A stretch of DNA of 64,000 nt from a virus (lineage: Duplodnaviria; Caudoviricetes). Within the stretch, counting starts at the first letter, position 1; each line of letters opens with the position of its first letter. The notes under the pieces are model-generated. The model saw only the letters and a program-made list of their open reading frames with translations. It had not been told where the DNA came from and searched no databases. The position numbers and the translations under genes were made by a program. Shown one piece after another: positions 29,441-38,526 of the stretch. Location of the stretch: the IMG/VR virus record IMGVR_UViG_3300025150_000002, positions 128,001-192,000 of that record, one strand, 5' to 3'.

Positions 29441-29475
29441 AGAGACAGCCACGACCTGTGGTCGTGGCTGTCTCT
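29441..29475. terminator. Hairpin between convergent genes
   Basis: AGAGACAGCCACGACC-TGT-GGTCGTGGCTGTCTCT, perfect 16-bp stem. Confidence 0.75.
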
Positions 29476-29494
29476 TCCACGTTAGCGGTGTTGG

Positions 29495-30034
29495 CTAGTT
29501 AGCCGACACGTCGGCCGAGTTGTCGGCCGACACGCTCGACGCGGTAGCCTCGGCGAAGTAGTGCAGGCCACGACGCTTTCCCTCGGTCCGGATCTCACCA
29601 GCCTCGCGGGCCGAGTTGAGGATGCGACGGATCACAGCCTGGGGCAGGCTTACCGCCCCCTCGATGTCCGTCATGTTGCAGCCGGCGTTGCTGCGGACGA
29701 AAGAGAGCACCACGTCCGGCCTGACTGGCTTCCGCTTGGTCTCCTTGACCAAGGCGATCTTGGGGGAGTCCCCCTTCTTGGCCACCTTCTTGGCAACCTT
29801 CTTGGTCACCTTCTTGGCAACCTTCTTGGCCACCTTGGCCTTCTTCTCGACCTTCTTCTTGGTCGACGGCTTGGTGCGAGGCGCGTTCTTGGTGGTAGTA
29901 ACCGACCCGCCGCCTACGGCGATGGCAGTGGCCCGTTGGGCCACGTAGGTTGCACCTGCCTTGAACACCTTGGGCATCTGCTTCGCCATCTCTGGCGTCG
30001 CCGTGAAGACAACGTATCCGTTCGAACTACTCAC
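29495..30034 (-). CDS. Histone H1-like Lys-rich protein with C-terminal wHTH
   Basis: AAAGGAGG RBS then GTG 30034; KKVAKKVTKKVAKK repeats; MTDIEGAVSLPQAVIRRILN...GEIRTEG. Confidence 0.7.
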   Translation of the reverse strand: MSSSNGYVVFTATPEMAKQMPKVFKAGATYVAQRATAIAVGGGSVTTTKNAPRTKPSTKKKVEKKAKVAKKVAKKVTKKVAKKVAKKGDSPKIALVKETKRKPVRPDVVLSFVRSNAGCNMTDIEGAVSLPQAVIRRILNSAREAGEIRTEGKRRGLHYFAEATASSVSADNSADVSAN

Positions 30035-30263
30035 TGAGAATCTCCTCCTTTGAGGGACTTGATTACGGGTGCTGGAAATCAACACCCAAGATCGCCGACC
30101 ATTCGGCGGTTATTGGAGACGGGAGCCCGTAGCCCTCGTCATGCCTGATGGTTTACGCATCCCACTCACTAGGACTCTACATCTACTAATCGATCGTCAC
30201 CAGTAATACCGGGACTTTTTACGACAAATCAGATGCGGTCCATCAGTTAATCTTGCAGAACAC

Positions 30264-30788
30264 CTACCTGGTTGACCTCTTCGAGGTTCTTGAGGGTCGC
30301 GACGACCTCTTGGTTGACCGCTTGGGCCGCACCTGCATCTGCTTCGTGCGGGCGTAGCTGATACGCTTCTTGTCCTCCCGAAGGGATCGAATCTCGTTGA
30401 GTTGACCCTCGATGAAGGTGGCCCACTTGTCACCACGGTCGCCCCGGTCTCTGGCGATCAGGAACTCGGTCCACAGGACGCGGGCCACATCCGAGAGCGG
30501 TTGGCCGCGCTCCACGGCGTAGGCCCTCAACTTATCGGCGATCACCTCGGGCACGGCTGCGCCGAGATGCGCCAGCGGTCTCGGGAAGAGGCGCCCCAAG
30601 GGGGCTGTCGCTATCTGCTTGTCACTGGCCTCGTGGATCTCAAGCCGCACAAGCACCGTTACGGTCCTACCACGGGCCTCCTCAGACCGCCTGGCGCGGT
30701 TAATCGCAGCTCCGTAGTGGTCGAGCTCGGATTGGGTAACCTCGATTGAGGTGGACTCCAGTGAGTAGTTGAGGTGCATCTCGTTCAT
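30264..30788 (-). CDS. Hypothetical protein (possible ribbon-helix-helix region)
   Basis: GGTATAAA promoter, AAAGGA RBS; ADKLRAYAVERGQPLSDVAR. Confidence 0.55.
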   Translation of the reverse strand: MNEMHLNYSLESTSIEVTQSELDHYGAAINRARRSEEARGRTVTVLVRLEIHEASDKQIATAPLGRLFPRPLAHLGAAVPEVIADKLRAYAVERGQPLSDVARVLWTEFLIARDRGDRGDKWATFIEGQLNEIRSLREDKKRISYARTKQMQVRPKRSTKRSSRPSRTSKRSTR

Positions 30789-30974
30789 CGTTCCTTTGTT
30801 GATTTCGGGCTAATCTGACGGTTTTATACCGCCGATGGTGTTGGGATCGCCTAATGACCGGGTGGATTATCTGGTTTTTCGGCTGGACTTTAGGCACCAA
30901 CTCCTTTCAGCACAAGAACTTGAGAAATCTCCGGAAAGGCTTGTTATCCAATCCGAGATCGCTATAACAGGGGC

Positions 30975-31310
30975 ACTCAGCAGTTGCTGGGGGTCGTTTC
31001 GCCTCTTACGAGTGGTGTGCGGTCGTGACTGGGACGGACTTCAGCTTCGGCTAAAGTAGACAACGGTTGAGGGTGACGCCCAGGAGTCCGAGGTAATGCT
31101 CACTCCGAGGAAACGAGCTCGCTGAGGGTAAGGCCCTCAGAGGCGACACCAAGGCGGGGATGCGGCGCAGGGACCGGGTAATGCCGACCAGGTGGTAAGC
31201 GACTAGCGCTACGAATTACACTCTCAAAGTGTGGAGCGTAGAGCCGAAGGCAACTGATGGGATACGGAGAGAGGCGGATCAGGGAAACCTGATCCGCCTC
31301 GCTTCATTTT
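30975..31310 (+). ncRNA. Candidate structured ncRNA
   Basis: TTGTTA-16-TATAAC promoter, many hairpins (AGC-TTCG-GCT, CTGAGGG-TAAG-CCCTCAG), ends at a terminator. Confidence 0.5.
31271..31310 (+). terminator. Rho-independent terminator
   Basis: GAGGCGGATCAGG-GAAA-CCTGATCCGCCTC followed by a T-rich tail. Confidence 0.75.
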
Positions 31311-31379
31311 GCTCAAACGGTGGGAGTCTGGTAGCATCACTTAGCAGAGCGATGTGGTTGTAAGACCCGTAGGAGCAAA

Positions 31380-31964
31380 GTGATGTCTGGATTTGCAGTC
31401 AGCGGCGAAGAGTCCGACCAGGTATTGGTTCCGTCCAGCCACTCGACTATCAACCACACAGGAATCCCCGGCGTACCAGCTGCCGAGACCTTCACCAGCG
31501 GTGTTCACGCCTCTACTGACCACACGGGCATAACCGGCGTCAACAACTTCGACTCGACACTACACGCATTGACGGACCATTCTGTTATTCCTGGTGCAAA
31601 CGGTGGCCTGGCCGTGGGTACGTCCACGACGGTGCCCGCCAACACCCTCACCGCCGACGGCCACATGCTGATGATCTCCTTGCGCGGTACGGGCACTTTA
31701 GGGATGTCCAACGTCACGCTCAACGGGCAGGTCATCGCGCAGTCCGTGGCCTCTCTAGGCGGGGACCCTTGGGGTGGCACCCTCCTCGTCACCCGCACCG
31801 GTGGCTCGTCAGGCTCGGCGACAGGCGCAGTAAGCGACGCCAACAACGGGCGAAGCTGCGTGGGCGTTGGCGGCGTGGGGAGCCTGAACTGGGGCGGCGC
31901 GCAAGTCATCGCCGTCAACGGCGGTGCGACCATCAGCGCCGTCGCCCTGGTCGCGTTCCGCTAG
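31380..31964 (+). CDS. Gly/Ser/Thr-rich protein with H-x-T-x-H-T-G-I repeats (virion fibre-like)
   Basis: HSTINHTGIPGV / HASTDHTGITGV / HALTDHSVIPGA. Confidence 0.55.
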   Translation: MMSGFAVSGEESDQVLVPSSHSTINHTGIPGVPAAETFTSGVHASTDHTGITGVNNFDSTLHALTDHSVIPGANGGLAVGTSTTVPANTLTADGHMLMISLRGTGTLGMSNVTLNGQVIAQSVASLGGDPWGGTLLVTRTGGSSGSATGAVSDANNGRSCVGVGGVGSLNWGGAQVIAVNGGATISAVALVAFR

Positions 31965-31995
31965 CGTCGTGGCGGATGTGTCTGTAGAAGACCGC

Positions 31996-32445
31996 CTAGT
32001 AGTCCTCGAACTCCGCGTGTCCTTCTTCGATGAGGGTATCGCCTAGGCTTTTCCAGCCACCTCCGGCCTTGTACAAAACCACACAGAGCCACCGGCCGTA
32101 CTTGCCCTTGCTCCCGTTCTTGAAGGACCAGATTCGGAGTTTCTGACCGACGCCGAGGAGTTCCTCAGCGCGGGCCCTGGCTAGGGCTCCTAGCTCCCTT
32201 TCCGGACCGCGCGTCTCCCACGCGTCCACACAGTCATCACTCTTGTCGTCTGGCGTCAGCACCGCGCCCTCGGCTAGAAGCCGACAGTAGGCTCGCACAT
32301 CAATCTCGAAGCCGACGTCTATGCGAAGTCGGAAACTGTCTCCGTCTATGACGCCCTTGAGTTTGCCCATGTCTGGCACCACCTCGGCCTCACGCCAAGG
32401 TGTCGCGAAAGGGGTTGTCTCTTCGTCTGTCCATAGCTTACCCAT
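31996..32445 (-). CDS. Thermonuclease (SNase)-like protein
   Basis: VIDGDSF...DVGF, DAWETRG, GKYGRWL, LIEEGHA. Confidence 0.8.
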   Translation of the reverse strand: MGKLWTDEETTPFATPWREAEVVPDMGKLKGVIDGDSFRLRIDVGFEIDVRAYCRLLAEGAVLTPDDKSDDCVDAWETRGPERELGALARARAEELLGVGQKLRIWSFKNGSKGKYGRWLCVVLYKAGGGWKSLGDTLIEEGHAEFEDY

Positions 32446-32501
32446 GACTGGCCTCCAGCTAGGTGCAGGCTACATCAGTTTTAGGGCGGTAGAACAGACA
32501 C

Positions 32502-32864
32502 ATGGACCTCAAGACGCGAAAGTCGGTTATTCGTAAGCTGAGGGGCATGCTGGTGCGCTGGCCTCCGGCTTCAGTTGATGAGGCCTATGACGTAGGTCGC
32601 CTCGCCGCCTGCCTACTCCCAGACTGGCTGGAGTCTGAGCACAGGACGTTTGATGAGTTCCTGTACGAGCATGGATGGAGGTCGAACGTCGCTGAGCGCG
32701 CAGCCTGGCTCGCGCACAACTACTACGAGGTGCCGTCACGGGGTATCTGGCGCCAATTGGACTTCTACCAGATAACCCGTGCGGCTCAACTCACTCAGGT
32801 TGATTGTCGCGAGCGGTTGCTCGCGTGCGGTATCAACGTGCTTGATTTGATGGCGATGATCTAG
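32502..32864 (+). CDS. Hypothetical protein (likely leaderless)
   Basis: GGTAGAAC 6 nt before ATG; ends NVLDLMAMI. Confidence 0.6.
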   Translation: MDLKTRKSVIRKLRGMLVRWPPASVDEAYDVGRLAACLLPDWLESEHRTFDEFLYEHGWRSNVAERAAWLAHNYYEVPSRGIWRQLDFYQITRAAQLTQVDCRERLLACGINVLDLMAMI

Positions 32865-33946
32865 ACGGCGGCCGCGACACCGATGCAGACTGTCTGGAGG
32901 ATCCGAGCGCATACGCGATACGGATCACAGTTGGCTCCGGGCCGCCGATCTTCGATGTATCCGTAGCCATGCTGGGCTACTTGGGCTGGAATGCGAATTG
33001 AGCAGCCACGATCGCTGTCCCCGACCTTGAACGTGTTGATGTCGCACGTCTCGTGCTTGCCGGTCAGGCGCTGCTCCAGGCCGAAGCCGTAGTCCTTGAT
33101 GTGCTCATCGTGAACCTCCGACATCGCCTTGATCGCCGAGGCGATGGCTGACTTGCCAGTGCCGGGATCGCGCATCTCCTTCGTGGAGAAGTTAGTGTGC
33201 GCGCCCGCGCCGTTCCAATCGCCCTGCTCAGGCTTGCAGCTGAGCGTGGCTGAGATGCCGTAGTCCTCACCTAGACGGAACAGAAGCCAGCGCGCGAAGA
33301 TCAGGTGGTCCGAGACAGTGAGAGGGTCAGCCGACTCATTCGTGAAGCCGGGGCGATGGCCTATCTGAAACTCCCACTGACCGAGCATTACCTCGGCGTT
33401 TATCCCGTAGATCATCAGGCCGGCTCTCATGCAGGCGCTGAGGTGGTCCTCGACCATCCTACGGCCTGCGACCTCGTCAGCTCCGACGCCGCAGTAGTAG
33501 GGGCCCTGGGCGCGGTGGGGGATCCCCCTCTCCGGCCAGCCGAGAGGGCGGCCCGAGTCGATGTTGTAGAGCGTGTATTCCTGCTCGAAGCCGAACCAAG
33601 GCTCATGAACCTCGGCGACCATCATGATGTCCCGCAAACGACTACGAGTATTGGTCTCGTGCGGCAAGTCCTCTGGAGTGGTGACCTCACACAGGACGAG
33701 GAAGTTGGCACCACCTCGGATAGGGTCGTTCACCACTCGCACAGGTGTAAGGACCTGGTCCGAGTTGGATGTCGTTGCCTGATTTGTGGACGAACCATCG
33801 AATCCCCAGACCGGAAAGGACTCGTGGTTGATTGGGCTGGTCTGAGCGTCAGGCAGGTTGACCACTCGGGTCTTTGAACGTAGGTTCTGGACAGGGATGT
33901 TCACGGAGCCACCGTCCATCCAGATGTATTCAGCTCGCACGTGCAT
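32861..33946 (-). CDS. glnII: Glutamine synthetase type II
   Basis: AEYIWMDG, WGFDGSSTNQA, GFEQEY, QGPYYCGVG, INAEVMLGQWEFQ, DWNGAGAHTNFST, LTGKHET, EDRRPGANCDPY. Confidence 0.93.
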   Translation of the reverse strand: MHVRAEYIWMDGGSVNIPVQNLRSKTRVVNLPDAQTSPINHESFPVWGFDGSSTNQATTSNSDQVLTPVRVVNDPIRGGANFLVLCEVTTPEDLPHETNTRSRLRDIMMVAEVHEPWFGFEQEYTLYNIDSGRPLGWPERGIPHRAQGPYYCGVGADEVAGRRMVEDHLSACMRAGLMIYGINAEVMLGQWEFQIGHRPGFTNESADPLTVSDHLIFARWLLFRLGEDYGISATLSCKPEQGDWNGAGAHTNFSTKEMRDPGTGKSAIASAIKAMSEVHDEHIKDYGFGLEQRLTGKHETCDINTFKVGDSDRGCSIRIPAQVAQHGYGYIEDRRPGANCDPYRVCARILQTVCIGVAAAV

Positions 33947-33987
33947 ATGATCTCTTCCTTTGATGATTAGAGGCAGGAAGAGGCCTT

Positions 33988-34206
33988 TTATAGCGTACCC
34001 GGCGCCTCGTCGTCGAGCTGGTTCATCGAATCATCATCGATTATCTCTGGGTGGTTCCAACCACCCCAGCAATGACCACAGTTGGCACAGAACATGCCGT
34101 TTGCGGACCCACCGCCGATCTTGTTCGAGTCACACCTCGGACAGTGGCCGACACAGTGCTCGTCGCCGCACTCCGGACACACCCAGGGGGTTTGGTTATG
34201 GCTCAC
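33988..34206 (-). CDS. Small Cys-rich Zn-finger protein
   Basis: CPEC, CPRC, CANC. Confidence 0.55.
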   Translation of the reverse strand: MSHNQTPWVCPECGDEHCVGHCPRCDSNKIGGGSANGMFCANCGHCWGGWNHPEIIDDDSMNQLDDEAPGTL

Positions 34207-34289
34207 GCCAGGCCCCGGACGATCATAGACCTGACGTCCATCAGAATGCGGCCCAGGTGGTTCTCACCCTCTCCCTCGCAGACCCCCCA
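34203..34289 (-). pseudogene. C-terminal remnant of a NADAR (YbiA-like) gene
   Basis: WGVCEGEGENHLGRILMDVR; GTGA-coupled to the next gene. Confidence 0.65.
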
Positions 34290-34290
34290 A

Positions 34291-34647
34291 CTAATCGGGT
34301 GCATGCCTGCCACTCCAGCCCTTGTGCGCACGACGTCTTCCATTTACTACTTCGCTCATCTTGAACGGACTCAGGTTGTGGTTGCGGCAATGTGCTCTCA
34401 TGTTTGTTACCTGGCTTTCCTCTCCATCAGGGCCGATGAGCAAGTAAGTTTTGGCGGTCGCCCTCAAAGCGTTAGCGTAGGCGAGCGGGGGTAGCTTCCT
34501 GCCCTTATAGAGATCGGACAACTTGCGATTCGTAGACTCGGGTCTGGGCTTTCCCTTATGAGCCTCAGATAGTTGACGCCTGTGAGAGTCAGACAGTTTT
34601 CTGCCGGTTAGGGCGGCAGAGATCTTTTGCTTTGTCTCCTCAGACAT
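34291..34647 (-). CDS. NUMOD3-repeat protein (homing endonuclease remnant without a nuclease domain)
   Basis: SEETKQKISAALTGRKLSDSHRRQLSEAHKGK; ends RAHKGW. Confidence 0.7.
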   Translation of the reverse strand: MSEETKQKISAALTGRKLSDSHRRQLSEAHKGKPRPESTNRKLSDLYKGRKLPPLAYANALRATAKTYLLIGPDGEESQVTNMRAHCRNHNLSPFKMSEVVNGRRRAHKGWSGRHAPD

Positions 34648-35119
34648 TCGTCCCCTTCCTTGGAGTTGGGTCGATCAATCGGCGGGCCTCAGCCAGTCCA
34701 TCCTCGATGTCAGACGGGTCGCGGTCCACCTGAATGGTTGTGACGTGCACAGGTTTGAAGCCTTTCCAGCGGCTCATCTCATCATCACTTGGCTGGCGCC
34801 ACTCGCCGGTCCAGATCATGTCGCTGTCGTAGTCGGGAGGATCTAGTGGGTGTCCGCACCGACTCCAGACAAACTTGAGGTTTCCCTCGAAGACCCATAT
34901 GCCCTTTCCGGGAGGCGCGTCGAGGCCGTAGTCCTCGATGTTGCTGGAGTTTAACAGCTCCATCGTAGAGTCGAGGATGTTGTTCCCCTCCTCGGTCCAG
35001 CCGAGAAAGATGCCCTCTCCCTGAAGCGGCACGGCCACGAAGACCGTGATGACGCTCTCCCTGGCTCCTCCGGCACTGAGCCCAGGGATGTGGATCTGAG
35101 GGGTGTTGTTACTGTCCAT
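34640..35119 (-). CDS. Hypothetical protein
   Basis: GAGGGG RBS before ATG 35119. Confidence 0.55.
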   Translation of the reverse strand: MDSNNTPQIHIPGLSAGGARESVITVFVAVPLQGEGIFLGWTEEGNNILDSTMELLNSSNIEDYGLDAPPGKGIWVFEGNLKFVWSRCGHPLDPPDYDSDMIWTGEWRQPSDDEMSRWKGFKPVHVTTIQVDRDPSDIEDGLAEARRLIDPTPRKGTNV

Positions 35120-35756
35120 CGAGACGTAGCCCCTCTGCCTTAGCTTGGACCTCGGCGTCAGTGACCTCAATGTCGCCGTAGTGGCTGATCGCGGTGGCCA
35201 GGAGGAAGATCTTCATGTCTTTGCGCTCCTCCTCGCTCGGATCAGGCCGCTCTCGCGGCTGTTGATGGAGATCGTGGGGGACCGTAATCCCCTGCTCCGT
35301 TAACCAGGCGATGAGCTCGGAGTATCGAATGAGCTCGGCTGCGGTCTTCCTCTCTGCCTCCATGACCTTGAACGGGGCGCTCATTGCCTCGAAGTTGCGC
35401 TCCAATGCCGCGAGCTCCTGCTGCTCGCGGAGCTTATCCGCGCGTAAGCGCTCCGCCTTCTCGTCCTCATCAGGCTCGCGGTTTACGCCGAAGTTGCGGC
35501 CCGCAGGCTCCACATCATCGGGGTAGACCCGGTAGCCGACACGCGGACGCTCAAACGGGTCACACGGGTTGTAGAAGAGGTCAACCCGGTCGCCCCACTT
35601 GGGTCCGTTCTCGCCCAATAGAGGGGAGTTGGAGAAGCGACAGGTGCCGTCTCCGAGATCTACCACCCACCCGATGTAGCCATCCGCGAAAGTGGCCCTC
35701 ACGAGCTTGGACTCGTCGTACCAGTCGGGGGTCTTGGGGGTCTCGTTGTTCTTCAT
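35109..35756 (-). CDS. Hypothetical protein (likely leaderless)
   Basis: GGGTAGAAC 6 nt before ATG. Confidence 0.65.
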   Translation of the reverse strand: MKNNETPKTPDWYDESKLVRATFADGYIGWVVDLGDGTCRFSNSPLLGENGPKWGDRVDLFYNPCDPFERPRVGYRVYPDDVEPAGRNFGVNREPDEDEKAERLRADKLREQQELAALERNFEAMSAPFKVMEAERKTAAELIRYSELIAWLTEQGITVPHDLHQQPRERPDPSEEERKDMKIFLLATAISHYGDIEVTDAEVQAKAEGLRLDGQ

Positions 35757-35804
35757 GGTGTTGTTCTACCCGACACGAGGTCCGGGTATGAGAGTAGTAA
35801 GAAC

Positions 35805-36656
35805 ATGCTGCGCTTCTTCGACAAGCAGGGCCGACCTATCTCCTCCGAGCAATGGAGCGACTATCTCTGCGATCCTGATTACCAGATCATCAATCAGACC
35901 TGTGGTTGCGGGAAAATGGTCTCCACCGTCTGGCTCGGGCTGGATCACAGCCACGGCACTGGTAAGCCGGTAATCTTCGAGACGATGGTGTTTGGCTCCA
36001 ACGGCCCTGGAGACGAGCTCGACTGCGTGCGGTACTCATCCTTGGAGGAGGCGGTGGCCGGCCACGAGCGTCTAGCTAAGGAGCACGCGCTCGTTCTCGA
36101 TCAGATCGTGTCAGCCATCGAGCGGGTCGACAACACCATCACCGTCTGGTCGATCCAGAGACTGTCCGCCTTCGAGAGGCTTCAGGAGTCCGGCGCGATC
36201 CATGGTGACTGGCGTCGCGTCGATAAATACTTCAAGAACCCCTATCGGTGGCTCTGTGATCAGATGGAGTCAAACGGAATTAGACTCCACGGTCGATGTC
36301 CTATGTGGGCCTGGGCTCACAAGCCGGATTTGAGGTCCGTTGGGCACGCTGCCCGAGGCGAGGCTGCCGTACGGCTTGAGTTGGAGGTCCCGGTTGTGGA
36401 CTGCCTGGTCTCGAACTTCTCTGCCTGGCATTGCGTGTTGAACGACCATTTCATGGTGATCAACGATGCCGAGATGGCGAAGGAGTTTGACGGGAAGGTC
36501 AGCGGCTACACCCGCGCCGAAATCAGCCAAAGCTGGCTGCGGATCTTCGATCTAGCGCTCTGCGCAGACAGCGGCTACGGCGACTTGTGCCAGGTCACCT
36601 TTCCGGGCATCGAGCTTAGCCAGGTTCGCAAGGTCACGAGGTTCAAGGGAAGGTAG
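35805..36656 (+). CDS. Fusion of a conserved phage domain and a DUF3841-like domain
   Basis: VSTVWLGLDH...FETMVFG...AGHE then PYRWLCDQM...PMWAW...KPDLR...WHCVLND. Confidence 0.65.
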   Translation: MLRFFDKQGRPISSEQWSDYLCDPDYQIINQTCGCGKMVSTVWLGLDHSHGTGKPVIFETMVFGSNGPGDELDCVRYSSLEEAVAGHERLAKEHALVLDQIVSAIERVDNTITVWSIQRLSAFERLQESGAIHGDWRRVDKYFKNPYRWLCDQMESNGIRLHGRCPMWAWAHKPDLRSVGHAARGEAAVRLELEVPVVDCLVSNFSAWHCVLNDHFMVINDAEMAKEFDGKVSGYTRAEISQSWLRIFDLALCADSGYGDLCQVTFPGIELSQVRKVTRFKGR

Positions 36657-36665
36657 AACGGAGAT

Positions 36666-36932
36666 ATGACCGATAAGCCCAACCCGTTCGTAATCAAGGT
36701 TCAACCGGGCACGACCGAGGTTGACCTTGGTCCCATTCTGCGGCCCATTATTTTCTGGGTGCAGAGGAAATCCGGTAACCAAGCAGATCCTGACAGGGTC
36801 GACAACCTTATGGCCGATCTGGTAGATGAGCTTGATTACCAGCGACGGCTCCAAATGACGAGCACGACGCTCCTGTTGTCGCCGCCGCTCGATTGTCCAG
36901 GCGTTGAGGAGCTCTGGTCCATAAACAACTGA
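36666..36932 (+). CDS. Hypothetical protein
   Basis: GGTAGAAC 6 nt before ATG. Confidence 0.55.
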   Translation: MTDKPNPFVIKVQPGTTEVDLGPILRPIIFWVQRKSGNQADPDRVDNLMADLVDELDYQRRLQMTSTTLLLSPPLDCPGVEELWSINN

Positions 36933-36997
36933 GACGAGTAGGAGAAAGACCCCCATCGTCCACAGTAGGAGGTCACCTACATCAATAAGTGCCAGGG

Positions 36998-37684
36998 TCA
37001 CTCGTTGGCCTCTACTCGAAGCGGTGCGATTGTTCGCACCTCGCCAAACCCGGTGAGGTTGACATCCACACGATCACCGGGGTTCCAGGCGGCCCACTCG
37101 TTGAAGTCGAGTGTTGTCCAAGTGCGGCCCTTGCCGTCCTGACACTCGACGAGCACGGTATAAGGCCTTCTGATTTCACCTACTTGGCACTGATGCTGAG
37201 TTCGCGCGTCCGTGGTTGGGCGCTCCAGGACGAAGTCGGTTGGTGGGTGTGGCGAGCGGTCAGTGCCGGTGACCGAGAACGTGCGGTGAGGAACCCACTC
37301 GTCGTGATCGTATGCGTGGTAGGTATCTACGTGTACATGGATAGAGGTATTACCCTTGCTATCGGTTGAGGTTGTAGTGCGGGCCTCCGTCCATGACCGA
37401 AAGTTGTAGACGCCACCGCAGAATGACTCGTCAGGGCATGATGATGGGTGGCGGTAACTGACACGCTCGTAGTGTCGCTTGTCCCATTTCTGCACGTCGA
37501 TGTGCCATGCCCATCGACATACCACCACCTTACCCGTCTGGTGCTCGACGCCGAAGAGCCCCCACCCCAACCAGGCGAACAACGACACGGCGAACGCCAT
37601 CACGGCGAGCGCAACAATTCGCTGTGGGTGCGACAACTCACTCCACCTGGGCACTGACCGTCTGCGGTATCCATAGCTGCCCAT
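36998..37684 (-). CDS. Membrane-anchored hypothetical protein
   Basis: GAGGAGG RBS; N-terminal TM helix. Confidence 0.65.
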   Translation of the reverse strand: MGSYGYRRRSVPRWSELSHPQRIVALAVMAFAVSLFAWLGWGLFGVEHQTGKVVVCRWAWHIDVQKWDKRHYERVSYRHPSSCPDESFCGGVYNFRSWTEARTTTSTDSKGNTSIHVHVDTYHAYDHDEWVPHRTFSVTGTDRSPHPPTDFVLERPTTDARTQHQCQVGEIRRPYTVLVECQDGKGRTWTTLDFNEWAAWNPGDRVDVNLTGFGEVRTIAPLRVEANE

Positions 37685-37800
37685 CTATACCTCCTCTCGC
37701 TCCTTGACTGCCTACGTCATACCGGACCCGACGTCCTGCTCTCCATTCAAATCGATAAAAGAAAGTGGAATCGGACCTATTCCAAGCATTGGAGGTGAAC

Positions 37801-38157
37801 ATGGCGGTTCCGAACCTGAGTAAAATCCAGCGTCTAGAGGCCGAGCTCGCGGCGGAGCGTAAGAAGCTCGACGAGTGGGATAAGAGGCCCGACGATGCGC
37901 AGAAGCTCGCAGAGCTACTCCACGAGCGATTCTGTAGATACAACCACACCGACGGGTGCAGCTGGGGCTACGAGTGCGGATCCAGCCATCCGGCACGTCA
38001 CGATCCGTGGGAGTTCGGATTTGCGCACAAGGAGTGGCTCGGCAAGGCTCGCCTTTTTTTGGACACGGCTGGCAAGATCCAGAAGACAGTTAAGGGAAAG
38101 AGTGGTTATCAGCTCGCTGAGGCGCTGCTGATGGAGTGGCCGTCGTTCCTTCGCTAG
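37801..38157 (+). CDS. Hypothetical protein
   Basis: GGAGGTG RBS; LHERFCRYNHTDGCSWGYE. Confidence 0.65.
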   Translation: MAVPNLSKIQRLEAELAAERKKLDEWDKRPDDAQKLAELLHERFCRYNHTDGCSWGYECGSSHPARHDPWEFGFAHKEWLGKARLFLDTAGKIQKTVKGKSGYQLAEALLMEWPSFLR

Positions 38158-38492
38158 ATGTCAGCGAGGTCATCGAGGATCATCGCCTCTCGTAGACGAG
38201 GCAAGACAACGGTTGTGACAAGTTGCCTGTCGATGAAGCCGTCACTCAGCTCGTAGGCCTGCGTGTAGGCTCTGAGACGTCCATACCCATGGGGGCCGGT
38301 AAGGACGTCTATGATGATGCCCGGCCGCCACATTATCTTGAGTCCAGCTACACGAAGGCCTGTCGAGTTAACACGGGGCAGGGCGGTCAGGATAGGGCCG
38401 AGCAGGCGCATTGCACGGGCGTCGAGCTCCTCGACGAGCTGCCTCTGAAGCTCGTAGTCCTCTGGGGTTCCATCCTGATCGTCATCCCACAT
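38154..38492 (-). CDS. Hypothetical protein
   Basis: Ends MILDDLADI. Confidence 0.55.
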   Translation of the reverse strand: MWDDDQDGTPEDYELQRQLVEELDARAMRLLGPILTALPRVNSTGLRVAGLKIMWRPGIIIDVLTGPHGYGRLRAYTQAYELSDGFIDRQLVTTVVLPRLREAMILDDLADI

Positions 38493-38526
38493 GACAGCGT
38501 TCTACCTGGATCGGGTAGAACGCTGT

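Noticed and set aside
30040-30200. c-di-GMP-I riboswitch in the leader of the histone-like gene
   Set aside because: Only GAGTGGGATGC resembles the consensus; the GGCAAAC and GNRA elements are missing.
30975-31310. raiA-motif or RNase P RNA identity
   Set aside because: Only short words (GAGGGTAA, CCGGGTA, GACCAGGT) resemble remembered consensus pieces; the hallmark cores are absent.
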